From positions 25,916,001-25,980,000 of the forward strand of contig CM022670.1 in the NCBI GenBank assembly GCA_012295275.1: DNA of 64,000 nucleotides, written 5' to 3'. The position numbers and the translations under genes were made by a program. How positions within the stretch are numbered: the first letter of the stretch is position 1; the number at the start of each line of letters is the position of its first letter. This document shows positions 16,230-30,346 of this stretch, piece after piece. The stretch comes from Chrysomallon squamiferum (Eukaryota; Animalia; Mollusca). Under the pieces are notes generated by a model. That model worked only from the letters and a program-made list of their open reading frames with translations. It was not told the origin of the DNA and ran no database searches.

Positions 16230-16870
16230 ACGGAGATTAACCATGGAGATAGTAACTATCACACATTATGGAGAATTTAACAACTGCATTGTGGAAATTG
16301 AAACTGTTGCATCACTCAGGTTGTAACTACTACATCATGGAGGTTGTAACTACTGCAACATGAATGTTGTAATTAAGTCATCATAGAGATTGCAACTATC
16401 TCATCAGGCAGTATTTCAACAACTGCATCACAGAGATTGAAACTATCACATTATGGAGGATGAAACTATTGCACTGCAGAGGTTGTAACTACTGCATCAT
16501 GGAGGTTAACGGATTTTGTAACTATTGATCATTAGAGGTTGTAACTACCACAACATGATTATTGTAACTACTCCATCATGCAGGTTGAAACTATTGCATC
16601 ACAGAAATTGTAACTAATGCATCATGGAGGATGTAAGTATTGCGATTCAGAGGTTGTAACTACTGTATAGAGAGATTGTAACTATACATCACCTGGGCTC
16701 TAACTTAACTGTATCACTGAGACTCTAACCAATGTATCACCGTGGCTGTAACTACTACATCAGTAAGGATACAGCTACTGCTGTGACTATTAAATCACAG
16801 ACTCTGTACCTCCAACGAGGCTGTAGCTATCACAGTACTTAAGCCGTGTCAGCTGCATCACTGAGACTGG
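16230..16870. repeat. Minisatellite, ~23-bp unit (TTGTAACTACTGCATCATGGAGG)
   Basis: Many diverged tandem copies. Confidence 0.8.
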
Positions 16871-18636
16871 TAATATTAATCTGCTGCGGAGACTGTGAAG
16901 TAATAATTCTTGTGGACTATTAATTTCTGGTACCTTGGAGTGTTATTCACTTCAGTGAAGCTGTCAGGATATGACTGCAGCTATTAATCTTGGTTTGTGT
17001 GAGCAAAATATTATATGATGATATTAACTAGGCTTCTGAATCCACACACAATATATGTATAGAAATATTTTTAAAACGCTTAAAAAGTTCAGACTGAAGA
17101 TAATGTTATGGTAATTTAATTTTTGAACTGGTATAAGATTTCCTTTTATTGATTATTATGGCATATAAAATTATTGTTGTTGTTGTTTTTGTTATTAATA
17201 TAGTTGTTGATATAAATATCAATGGTGTTTTTGTTGTTGTTGTTCTTATTTGTACTGTTTTAATTATTAATGTTTTTAAATTGCTATTATTGTTTTTGTT
17301 GTTGTTATTATTTTTATCATCAAGATCATGATCATTATTATTATTTTTTATAATTTTTTTTTTTTTTTAAATTTACCAAAGCATTAACACTGTTCTTTTT
17401 CATCTTTCATGTAATGAAATCCCTTTTCATCATTTAAAATTAAAATTATATTTTTTTATAAACTAGTATCATTACTCTTAACACATAACAGTAACATAAC
17501 AAACAATTTAATTTTTGAGAAAATCACAACAAAACTAAACAGAAATATCTAAAAAAAAAAAAAAAAAATTTAAAAAAAAACAACAACAACTAAAAAATGA
17601 AAAAAAAAAAATATAAATTCCTACCTTCATAAATTCATCAACAACAGCAATGACAAGGAACAACAGTGCTGGAATTCTTCCACTACTACAACAACGTCAG
17701 ACAGATGGTTGAATCTGGAGACCTGCGGAGATTCTCTCACATGAAAATAGTCAAACCATTGTTGTGTGAGCGAGCACATCTGCCCCGAAGTCGCAAGCAT
17801 CACACTTCTCTACTGCTCACAGTGGCATTGATCCAGTGGAAATAATGAAAACTGAATAACCAGCCTGTCAGGTCAGTCACTCACACAGCGACAGACCGAC
17901 CCACTGGACTCGCCCAGATGACACAACGTCGGTATTAAAGTCTGATGACAGTGCTGTCACTTGCATGCATCGTTGTTATTATTATTATTATTAACAGCAG
18001 CAGCAGCAGCAGCAGCAGCATGCTTTGTTGGCTATTGTCATGTGCAGATTTGAGATGGCTAGAATGTGAATTGTTTTATGGTGGGGTGAAAGCTCTGGTT
18101 TAACCTACTTTGATGTTTATGGAGGGAAAAAGCTGCAGTTTAATGTTTTGCAATATAAAAGGGGGTAAATCTGCTGTTTAATGAATTGTGATATGGATGG
18201 GGAAAAAACTGTATTTTTATCAATTTTAATAAGGTGGGGAAATGCTGCAGTTTAAGAAATTCTGATATGGAGAGGAAAGCTGCAGTTTAATGATCAGCAC
18301 ACATCATTGGCCTGATCTGTCCTTCCTAGCTTTTATTACTGATGCATTGGCAAATCAATAAGCAGAATCCATAGGAATTTCCAGTTCAAATAATCACATT
18401 GAGAACTCATTGTACAAAGCGGTTTTTCATTGCTAATGAGTTTCAGCTCTGAGATTTTTCTCTTTTTCAAAATATTTGTTGAAGTTAAGATGACTGGCAG
18501 CTAACAGCCAATGGTTGTGAGTGTGTTATGTTTGTGTGATAAAAAAATAATAATAAAAAAGAAAAAGAAAAAATTAAGACTAAAGGTAGTGATTGTGAAT
18601 TTCTGTGTGTGTGTGTCTGTGTGTGTGTGTGTGTGT

Positions 18637-18699
<63 letters not shown>

Positions 18700-19062
18700 T
18701 GTGTCTGTGTGTGTGTGTGTGCATTTGTTAAAAACCAAACCCATATATATATATGAAATATTTTGATATTAAAGTTTCAATAATACTGATGAGAGCGTGA
18801 AACAAATACCAAGCCTGTAAGGCCCACCTTCCATCAATACACACCATGGCTTTTCACTAACTAGTTATGGAGCACTGTCAAGAATGGGAAATATCTCAGT
18901 GGCATCATTCAACAGTTATATCAGTCTGAACCATCAAATGCTTCAGTGACCAACCTACAACAACATCTGACTGAGCAAAAATGATTAAACTGCCAATGAG
19001 AAAATTTGAAACCTTTACAGAATCTCTGTCCTATATCAGTATTGCAGGGTTAATTTTAATCC

Positions 19063-19252
19063 CACAGTAACGTCATGTATTTTTTGTTACAAAGTGAAAT
19101 GAATGTTCCAACACACACACACACACACAGTAACGTCATGTATTTTTTGTTACAAAGTGAAATGAATGTTCCAACACACACACACACACACACAGTAACG
19201 TCATGTATTTTTTGTTACAAAGTGAAATGAATGTTCCAGCACACACACACAC
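19063..19252. repeat. Three tandem ~64-bp copies ending in (CA)n
   Basis: CACAGTAACGTCATGTATTTTTTGTTACAAAGTGAAATGAATGTTCCA x3. Confidence 0.9.
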
Positions 19253-19540
19253 GTGTGTGACATTTTGATAACTAGAGTGTTAGGGCAGTCACAGGCAGAC
19301 AGGAGTTAAAAGTCCAGGAAATGTGTGATTACCATTACATGGATATAGTCACATGACAGAGAGAGAGAGACAGACGAGGAAAATGTCATGTAAAAATGTG
19401 ACCAGTTTCATTGTTTTGTACACAAAGAAAGTTCAAGCTAGAAAACAGTATAAAGTATAAAATGAGTTTAATTTCATACAATAGTTTTATTATTATTATT
19501 ATAATCTTTTTTTTTTTTTTTTATTATTTTTTTTTTATTT

Positions 19541-19572
<32 letters not shown>

Positions 19573-21026
19573 TTTATTTATTTATTTATTTATTTGTTTG
19601 TTTATTTATTTTTAAAATTTACATATTTGCTTTTGGGTGAAAAGAAAAGATTTATGTAAAAGGAATAATAAGTTAAAAACTACACTAATAAAACCTTATA
19701 TGTGTTTATTAAACTCTCCTATATGTAAATGCAAATAAAAATTCGATCCGGAAAAAGAATGACGTTATGAATAAAATAATAAATGTAAATAATACTAATA
19801 ATAAAAAGCAGAAAAACAAAAACAAACCAAAAATAAAAAAATAAAATAATAAAATATCAATACAAGCTCATTATCAACTTAAACAATTTTGTATCTGCAG
19901 AGAGTGAGACAAAGAATAAAAACCAAGAAATGTTTTTTTTTTTTATATTACAAGATTTCATAATTATATAATATTATATTATAATATTTAATATAAAACT
20001 GGTTGAAGATATTAAAATCATCTGTAATGTACTCATCATTAAACGAAACCAACACATCTTTGCGAAGGTGCAGATAAGAAATCACTTACTGCTAAGAAAA
20101 AATAATAAATGCAGGTGTCTTCTCTGACATTATCATTATAAAACAACTCATATTTGACTCTTGTTAACTCTTAAGGACAACTAGGTTTTGAAGTTTTCTC
20201 CTCATTAATTATTATTATTATTATTATTTTTTTTTTTTTGGATTAAATGCCATTAAACGTACATTAATTCATTATGGAATGTTTTTCATTTTATTGTTAT
20301 TATTATCATTATTATTATTATTTTATTATAATTTTTTTGTTGTTGTTGCTGCTTTTGGGGCTTTACCAAATCCTTCATGACCAGAATGTTAGAAATTATT
20401 CTACATTCCTTATTAACATAGTATGAATGTTTCACATTACAACAAATGGAGTTATTTCCCTTCAGTGATTTTCAACAAAGACAAATTTTTATTATTTATT
20501 TTACATACATTATACAAAGTTCTCACAAATACTACATGCATCAACACACATTCACAAGCACATGCCCACCTGTTTGTGCACACATGCACACACCCACACA
20601 CATGAAACCTGTACACAGTACATACGTAAACTCACACTAATATACATACTGAATATGATGATTATCACTTTTATTACATTTTTTTATTATTATTATTATT
20701 ATTATTTTTTTTTTTTTTTTTTTTTTTTTATTATTATAGATCATTCTTAAAGCAAAATAACACTAGCGTGACACAACCCTTAGAAATGAATTACACTAAA
20801 ATATTACACTGAACCGTGACTTGTTGTTTTCCTGAGATAATCAAGCTGGGTCTTGATCCTAAGCACAAATGTCAGTCAGTGTCATATTACCGGACAGACC
20901 AAAATTATTAATAAACATTGCTGTTTTTCTCACAGGTAGCAAGCAAGGTAAGACTTAGGTACCACAAAAAATATTTTATTTGAAAAATAAAACAGTAATT
21001 GTTAAATTAACAAATTAACAAATTAA

Positions 21027-21060
<34 letters not shown>

Positions 21061-22784
21061 TGATATCTATACCATGACTTTTAAATCTTGCTTACTTTGT
21101 ACATTTTAAACCATAGTTGTTGTTGAAATATTTTATTTCATAAAAGTCATAGGATCATATCTTCTTAGTGTAGCTGTTGAGTCTTGCCATCCAGTTTTTA
21201 TAGTTTTATGTGTGTGTTTATGTATATATGTGTGTGTGTGTATATATATATGTTAACTTACAGAAAGAGGTGATTAAATACATTTAATGTTTTCTTAATG
21301 TACATTGTTTATGTTAACTTATACAGTGTATATTATGTCAGTTTACATAAAATATAATAATCTAATTATTCTTAATTCATATAAACTGTATTAATTATGT
21401 TTACTATTAACATATTAATTGCTTTTAATGTTATCTTAATTATAAATTATATTTATATTATTTCATATAAAGTATCTTAGTTGTATTTAATGTTAACATA
21501 TAAAGAAATGTATTATTTATGTTTATTAATTTAGTTTGTTAGTTTATATAGACTTTATTAATCACTTGATGCTAAGTTATATGCAATGTTTAATGTTGTA
21601 TACATTGTATTACTTATATACATTGTATTAATTAACTTTATGTTAACTGATATACATTGTATTAATCTTCTTCTTTTTTTTAACTTATATATATTTCTCT
21701 TAGTCACATGTAATGTTAACTTATATTAATCTTGTTTAATGTTAAATTACATACAGATTACATTATGTATAAATATATATATATATATGCAGTGATATGA
21801 AAAAGAAAAAAGAAAAGAAAAAGAAATGAAACAATTTTCACTACTGACTTGAAGACAGATTCAGTAATAAATATTTCTTTGAGTGAAGTAGACATATACT
21901 GATATACTGTAAAAACAGAGCAAGTGTAATTACTTTTAATCTTTAATTTTCTGTAACCAGAAATACCACTTAAGTGTTATTTTATAAAGCTTTTAACAGT
22001 AATCAAATAACTAGTCCAGTACCATTAAAGAAAATGTTAATTATTTTTGCTTCTATTTTCTGATTTCTTAAACTGTTTTGAACAGAATAGCATGGTGATG
22101 TTAAATTGGTTATGTCCACAACAAGCATACTTGACCCATTCTCTGACTGAAACAGAATTAAGGTTATCCAAACCTATATTTACCTATTTTACTTAGTACA
22201 GGTTTTTTTTAAAACAAATTCTTGTTGTATAATGCGTACTCAGAACATTCTGTTTTGGACTGTACTCTTTTTCACAAGGTCAGAAGGATGGTCCTGGACT
22301 GGCGTACTTGGTCATTTCTTTGATGGGAAGATTGCCAGAAATTAACCCACAAACATGTACTCAGTGCACTTTGTTTTGAAACAGTTTAAAATGAGAACAA
22401 TATTGATTACACTTCCATCGAACCATCTAAGACCTTTACGTAAATTATAATAGCAAATATCTGATCTGTCTACAGCAGTGGAAATGATTGTTAGGCCGAC
22501 ACAACACAGCTAAGAACAAACAGCCAGTTGGGCTCAGCATTTCAATAATAACAGAATAATAACATTATTCAGTATTGACTTACAATAATGTTAATAGCGT
22601 CACAAGAGATAATACTGTATGAAATGAAACTATAGGTGATATACAATAAACTAAAAAGAAATAACAGGTAAAACATTTTCAAAAAAGTAAATAGTGTTAA
22701 TTTATCATGTTTATATATATTATATTAACACATATAGTGGCATATCCACATATATAAAAAGTGGTACTTTGACTTACGAGTTTA

Positions 22785-22816
<32 letters not shown>

Positions 22817-23288
22817 ACACATATACACACACACATATATATGTATATTTAGAAATATTTATATATACACACACCACAAACACATATGTATACATATACA
22901 TATACACATACACACACACATGCACAGACACACGCACACACACATACAATAGCAAGCATCAAATTATATGCATTTTTCATTTTCTATGAAAACACATTGT
23001 CATACATCATACATACATATTGTCGAATATATATATATATATATGTATACACATATATATACATACATACACACATATGCACTGTAATAGATCATAAACA
23101 TACACTGTCACAATATCACATACATACACTGTCACTGTAATGAACAACTATACTCATAAACACACATGTCACACACATAAATATACACATACAATCATTG
23201 TCATGCACAGATACAAACATATTCACACAACACACACAGGCAAATTTGCATACACACCCTATACATATGTATTTCTCTCTCTCTTTAT

Positions 23289-23372
<84 letters not shown>

Positions 23373-23911
23373 ATGTGTAGTCTGTGTGTGTATGCAATTT
23401 TGCAAGTGTGTGTTTGGGTATACAAACATTTACGGACACACACACACACACATAGATATGTGCAAGCATATACACACACAACATGTATATATTAGTCACA
23501 CATGATTTTTCCTATTTACAGTACAGTTTTGTCTATAGACTTTTATCTCCATCACGAAGGACACACAAGTCTTAACTTGAAGTGCAGATACAGTTATATT
23601 TTTATTTTTGTCATTACTTTGTCTTCTGTTTCAATTATAGTTTCACAAAAGCAAAAAAAAAAAAACAACAATAATAATAATAATAATAATAATAAATATA
23701 TATATATAAAGCAGTGATAAGTGATCTTCATTATTATTTCCAGAATAATTATTAAAAAAAAAAAAAAATACAATAGATGTTTAAGTGTGTAATTATTAGG
23801 AATTATCTTTTAAGCTGATTTCTATTCATGGTACATCATGCTTAAAACTTGCTGAGCTGAACAAAAAACCACAACAGCAAAAACAAAATACTTGTCTGTT
23901 GAAATGAAATC

Positions 23912-23992
23912 ATTGGCTAGAAACTGTGAATAAATAAAATATTTCTAGGGTATTTCTCGGAAATATAACTGAATTGTTTTACTAATGTCAGT
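23912..23992 (+). promoter_or_regulatory. Candidate receptor A promoter: inverted CCAAT, GAS site, TATA-like, Inr
   Basis: ATTGG 23912-23916; TTCTCGGAA 23954-23962; TATAA 23964-23968; TCAGT 23988-23992; in-frame mini-exon follows. Confidence 0.45.
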
Positions 23993-24003
23993 GAAACAGA
24001 AAG

Positions 24004-24028
24004 ATGAATAGCTTTATGCTATCACAAG
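24004..24028 (+). CDS. Receptor A candidate first coding mini-exon (MNSFMLSQ)
   Basis: ATG at 24004, donor AAG|GTATGT (phase 1); joins in frame to the acceptor at 24421-24422; follows TATA/Inr-like motifs. Confidence 0.45.
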
Positions 24029-24532
24029 GTATGTTTTATCAATAACTGAGTTTTTACAAATAAAATACAGTGATATGCCATACTCTTCTTTAATAGCATA
24101 TGATCTGATATGGTATGATCTGCTACATGTTAAGCTATGCTATGAGGTATGCTAAGCAATGACATATAATGCGATATGTAATGTTATGATATGTGCTATG
24201 TGCTATGTGCTATGATATGCTCTATGCTAAGCAATAACATAAGATGTGACATATGATATGCTATGTGCTGTACTCTATATGTGATAATATTATGATCTGT
24301 GAAGTGACATGATGTAATATGATTCATTACATGAAAGTATATAATAAAATGTAATCCTGTATTATATAATAGCATGTGACATACTGCACTACTGAGTGTA
24401 ATGCATTACAGTGTAATTTCAGATATTTATGAAATGATTGAAGTGCAGAGCTTTATCTGGCTCATCATATTTAGTGTTTCACTGCAACTTACTCAGGCTG
24501 GAAATTTCCCTGACAAATATGGAGGTAAGACA

Positions 24533-24598
<66 letters not shown>

Positions 24599-25997
24599 AA
24601 CACACACATACAAACACACAATACACATACACACACACACGCACGCACACAACACACACACACATGCACACTCACTCAAATACATCCATTCAATCACATG
24701 CAGATGCACACAACCTGTGTAAAATATTTTTAATTCTCTAAACAGAGAAATACACACAACTTTTTCTCTGCTCACCCATTTTTCACACTGATGTTTACTA
24801 ACATAAACATTATTGCTTGCATAATTTCTATAGCCCATTAGTTTATATGTCTTTTCTTATTTGTCTCAAACTTCATTGCAGCTGTTTCACCAGCAGATCC
24901 ATTCATTTACATTGGAGAGAATCTGACTCTGCTGTGCAATATGACAGCGAGAAACACCCATGCGTCATCAAATCAGATGATGTTCAAAAAAGACCGTGAG
25001 CTACTGGATACAACTTACATCACAAGACTGAGTCCACGTGTTATCCTGCTTCAGTTTCCTATCACTTCTCTACAAGATGAAGGAGAATACTGGTGTTATT
25101 TCATCAACGAAACTTCTGAACTTTTCATTGGATTTCAGAAAGTTCGAGTTGAATGTAAGGCTTATATATATATATATATTTAAATGTTATTATATGTTCA
25201 TGATATCCCACGTTTTATGAATTTGCACACTTTTCTGGTACATTCTTTTAAATTTATTTACTTTTTTCGGAATTCTATTTTGTTTTCACTTTTATGAATA
25301 TCAGCCAAAAACAGATAATAATATAAGCACATATAATTAATTAACAGAAATTTTCTTTATTCTTTTTTTTAAAATTAAATATATGCATGGGTGTGTCTGT
25401 ATGTGTCTATATATACCGAGATATAGATATATTTTGACACATACCTCTAGATCCTTTGGAGCCTATCAGATCTGTAGAGTGCAGATATGCTGGTGAAGAA
25501 ACTTTGTTTTGTAACTGGACAGCTGTTCAGTACAATCACAGTGACATCATTAACACTTCTCTTCAGTACAGAATTGTCTATGACCCAAGGTAAATAAATA
25601 CACAGTTCACACTAGGATACTCTATATCATCACACAAATACACAATCATAACTTGGATTCTTTATCTCACAAACACAGATGCACATAAATACAAAATACG
25701 CACTTGGATACTTTATCTGATACAAACAAATACACATAAACTACACAATTCACACTTGTATGCTTTGTCTCATACACACAAATACACATCACATTTGGAT
25801 ACTTTATCTCATACACACAAACATCCATAAATACACAATTCACACTTGGATACATTCTCTGATATACGCAAATCACTTAAATACTAATTAAACATACAGA
25901 AACACATATACAAATATTCAAATACATTCTCTTATATACACTTTCATACAAATTAAACACTACAGGTATAATACACAAGACCACAAGCACACCCACC

Positions 25998-26059
<62 letters not shown>

Positions 26060-27363
26060 GAGGCATACTAACATTTGATATCACAGTGGTCATGAATGTT
26101 AAAACAAAATCTTTGTTATCACATAAATGTAGGTTTATGTTTTTGTTCAGTTTTGGACAGGGGAATTGGATGGCATGCAAGACCAGTTCTGTGAACTCGT
26201 GTTTCTGGCAGCAACAAGACTTACTCCCCTTCAATGACATCAACATGGTTATCACAACCAGGAACACATTTACTGGTGAATTTGTGAAATCTCAGCAGTT
26301 TAACATCACACTGAAAGATCACAGTAAGTGATGCTTGCTTTATATTTCATTTTATTAATAATTTTTGTCTCATAATTCTTATGTATATATTTTTTTTTTC
26401 TTACTCATAATTTATTGAATTTCATTGACTATTTATACATACATACCTATATACACATACATACATGTGTACATACATACATCTACACATGTGTATATAC
26501 ATCCATACATATGCATACATATGTGAATCTGTGTGTGTTTGTATACATGTGTGTATGTAAGTGAGTAAGTGTGTATGTTTGTGTGTGTGTGTAATTAATA
26601 ACTAACATATTTTGATGTTTCAGTTCAGCCCTATTCTGTGATGCTGTTGAGAGTGACACAAGTTGACAGCAGGTGTCTAACTCTGAACTGGAGTGTAGTC
26701 CCTGATGAAAACACATACCTGTACAAAGTACAGATCACATCTAACTGGGATGATGATGTACAGGTATAACGACCAGCGTGAAGTAAATTATCACATATAC
26801 AGAAAATGTGTCAGTACAGTAAATAATCAAACTTGATGATTTCTTTATTAAAAACATAACACGCACACTCACACACACACAGAGAGATACCAACACACAG
26901 ACAGACAGGCAGACAGACAGACAGACATACACACACACACTCACACACACATACACATATAAACGCTAATAAACCTTTCTGTTTTATCATTCAAATATCC
27001 ATAGTTTGGTTATTTCATTTCAAAATCAGTGATCTCAGTTAGATCATTTCAAAATGTGCATAAATTTAATTAGAGAGGAAGAAGAGATATTTTACAGTGT
27101 TTTTAATGTGTATGTGTATATGTGTGTGTATGTGTAGGTGTGCTTTTGTATGTGTATGTGTACGTGGATGTGTGAGTATGCACATCTGAGTGTTTTAAAC
27201 AATACACGATTAAAATCAATTAATAGCAAAATAATATAAATAAAATAAAATAAAATAATAATTATTACATTTATTTCGTAACAAATAAAATTCTTATTTC
27301 ATAAAATTGATAAATAAACTTTCTTTCACTTTTTTATTTTTTATTTATTTATTTTTTTTTTTT

Positions 27364-27423
<60 letters not shown>

Positions 27424-30298
27424 AAAAGGAATTTAAAACCGAAAACAAATATTTCAACACATGTGAGCTGATTCCATACACTAAATATGAGATACGTGTC
27501 AGACGCATAGTGCAGAAATCAGGGCACTCGATAGGATGGTGGAGTGACCCAGCCATCACCAGTGTCACTTCCAACCAGTCAGGTATGTATCCCAAACAGT
27601 CCCGAACAGTTCGTTTGTTCACAAACTGCACGCAGTGATTAATACAATCCTCTAAAATGAAACGTTATCAGGCATCTGCAGATTCGATAGGAATCTGTGG
27701 ATATGAAACCTGACTGGTTTTGGTTAGAAACACAAAAATAAGGATTGAGCTTAGAACTTAACATGTTGGAAAATAATATTATTAATTTTATCCTAATATT
27801 TGCGTGTATATTTGAGTGTGTGAGCATGAGTCAAATGTTTTCATTGGATAGTTGAGGGGTTGTGAATGTGTGAGAGTTTTTGTATTGAAGATTCTGTATG
27901 TAAATATATATGTATGTTCATGTGTATATGTGTGTGTTGGATATGTGTGTATATGCAAGTGGTGAATCTGTGTGTGTGTTTGTTCAGTAACAAGTTCGGT
28001 ATTATCTCCTTTTTCATACTTAGCACTTTTTTTAATTTTTTTTATAAAGTTCTATATGTCTGGCATTTGGCATTATTTGATACCTACATGTATATATATA
28101 AAAATAATAATAATAATAATAAAAAGAAAATAACCACATCTGACCTCTTTATTACTGATCAAAGTTGTTCAAATAGCAGTCTCTTTAGACACATTGTAAG
28201 TAACTTATTTCTGTTTTTAACAGCTCCTGTTAAAACTCCACATTCTTGTCATGGTTGTTTTACATTCACTGATGATGGCCAAGTCAAAGTTTATTTTCAG
28301 GTAATCTTTTAAACATAATATAATAGACTAAATAAATCATTAATCAGCACGAGTCATAAAGCATGAATATTAGAAATAGTTAAAGATCGATAAACTGCAC
28401 TGACCAAACATAGCATATTTGAGTTCTACATTTCGAGGATTTAAAATAATATATAAATGTTTTAGATTAATGCAAAAAAACAACAACATCAAACTTGTAA
28501 GAGAATTAAATGATCTCTTTCTGCTGATATAGTCTGATAATTCATTGAAAAAAAAAGAAAGGAAAACTATATTTATATATATTTATAATTTAGATATTGT
28601 TAAGCTTTTTGCTTGTTTAAATTAAGGTTTTAATAACTACTTATGAAAGAATAAAATAAACAATTTTTATTATTTGCAAAAAAAAAAATTAATCCGAAAC
28701 ATGTTTTTATTTTTAGAAAGGGGGAGGTTTGTTGTCACCTCCAGAAGCAGAAGCAAGGTGAAGGTCAGGCCACAGCAATTTAATAAAAAAAATTAAAAAA
28801 AGCAGCTAACTTATGAAAATATATAATAAACTTTGTGTATTTTCAGAGATTAAGAAAACAAGACTGGTACGGCCCAGAACTAAGGTACGTTGTTAACATA
28901 ACTGACACCGGGAAGAGAGAAACATACACGTATGTCCTTTCTGCTTCCTCGGACACACTGACCACTCACAGAACTGACCATTCTCTTTCTGTGGACATTT
29001 ACACCCTCAACACAGTGGGAGTATCTGAGAAATCAACAAGTTTGTTCATTCCTGGAAAAGACAGAGGTAAAAATACTTAGAAACTTGAAATGTTTTTATT
29101 TTCTAGCTTTTAATTTTAACTACTGGGTAAAATAAAATAAAAAAATAAAATAAAAAAACAAAATATTTCAACAGAAAAGATGTGAAATAATTGCATTTTT
29201 TTTTTTCAAAAGATATTTAGTTTTAATTTTAAATTTTAAACAGAATCACCTCTGAAGTATTTCTCTTTTTAAATTCTAAGTTCTATTTATCCAAAGGTAA
29301 TTTAAAGAATTTTTATTCATGAACAAAACAGATGTGAAATGTCATATTTGTTCTCATGTAAACTTTAGTGGACAAAGGTACAGTAATAAAAATCATGATA
29401 ACAACAGTAGTAATAATAATAATACAAATAATAATACAATAATAATAATAATAAATAATAATAAAATTAATAACAATAACAATATAATAATAATGATAAT
29501 AATAATAATAATAATAAATAACAACAACAAGAACAAATAAATAAATAAATAACAGTAACTTCTGTTTATTCCAAGCACTGACACCACCAGACCACATTGT
29601 AGTGGAGCTGGTGAGGAGAACAGAAAATGAAAACATTTATCACTTGACTTGGAAAGCAAAACATTCACTGGACAACCTCAGCTACACCGTCTTCTGGTGT
29701 CAGCATGAACAGCACCAAACCCAGTGTTCAGTATGTCTTACCACTACTGCTACTGCTACTACTACTGCTTCTACTACTACATCTACTGCTACTACTACTG
29801 CTTCTACTACTACTGCTACTACTCCTGCTACTACTACCACTGCTACTGCTACTACTGCTACTACCACTATTATCACTGCTACGACTGCTACTACTACTAT
29901 CACTGCTACTGTTACTACTACTACTGCTACTACAACTTTTATTACTCAAATACTATTACTACTACTTCTGCTTTTTCTACCACTACTAAAACTTCTACTT
30001 CTACTACTACTACTATTACTACTACTGCTACCATTAATACTTCTATTATGACTACTGCTATTTTTATTACCACTACTACTTCTACTACTTCTATTACTAC
30101 TAATACTACTCTTACTACTAATACTCTGTGGGTGTGTGTGGGTGTGTTGGTGTGTGTGTGTGTGTGTGTGTGTGTGTTGGTGTGTGGGTGTGTGGGTGTG
30201 TTGGTGTGTCTATATTTTTATGTGTGAATGTAGTACTGAATGTAGGAAAATGTGTGTACAGAATCTTTTCTATGACATGGTTCTCTATTTGTATATGC

Positions 30299-30346
<48 letters not shown>

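Noticed and set aside
16230-16870. CRISPR-like appearance of the periodic repeats (also 46243-46913)
   Set aside because: Units are contiguous with no unique spacers, the context is eukaryotic, and there are no cas genes.
20936-20947. Possible 12-nt micro-exon or alternative first exon of receptor A (CAG|GTAGCAAGCAAG|GTAAGA)
   Set aside because: Only splice-like motifs; nothing links it to the gene without RNA data.
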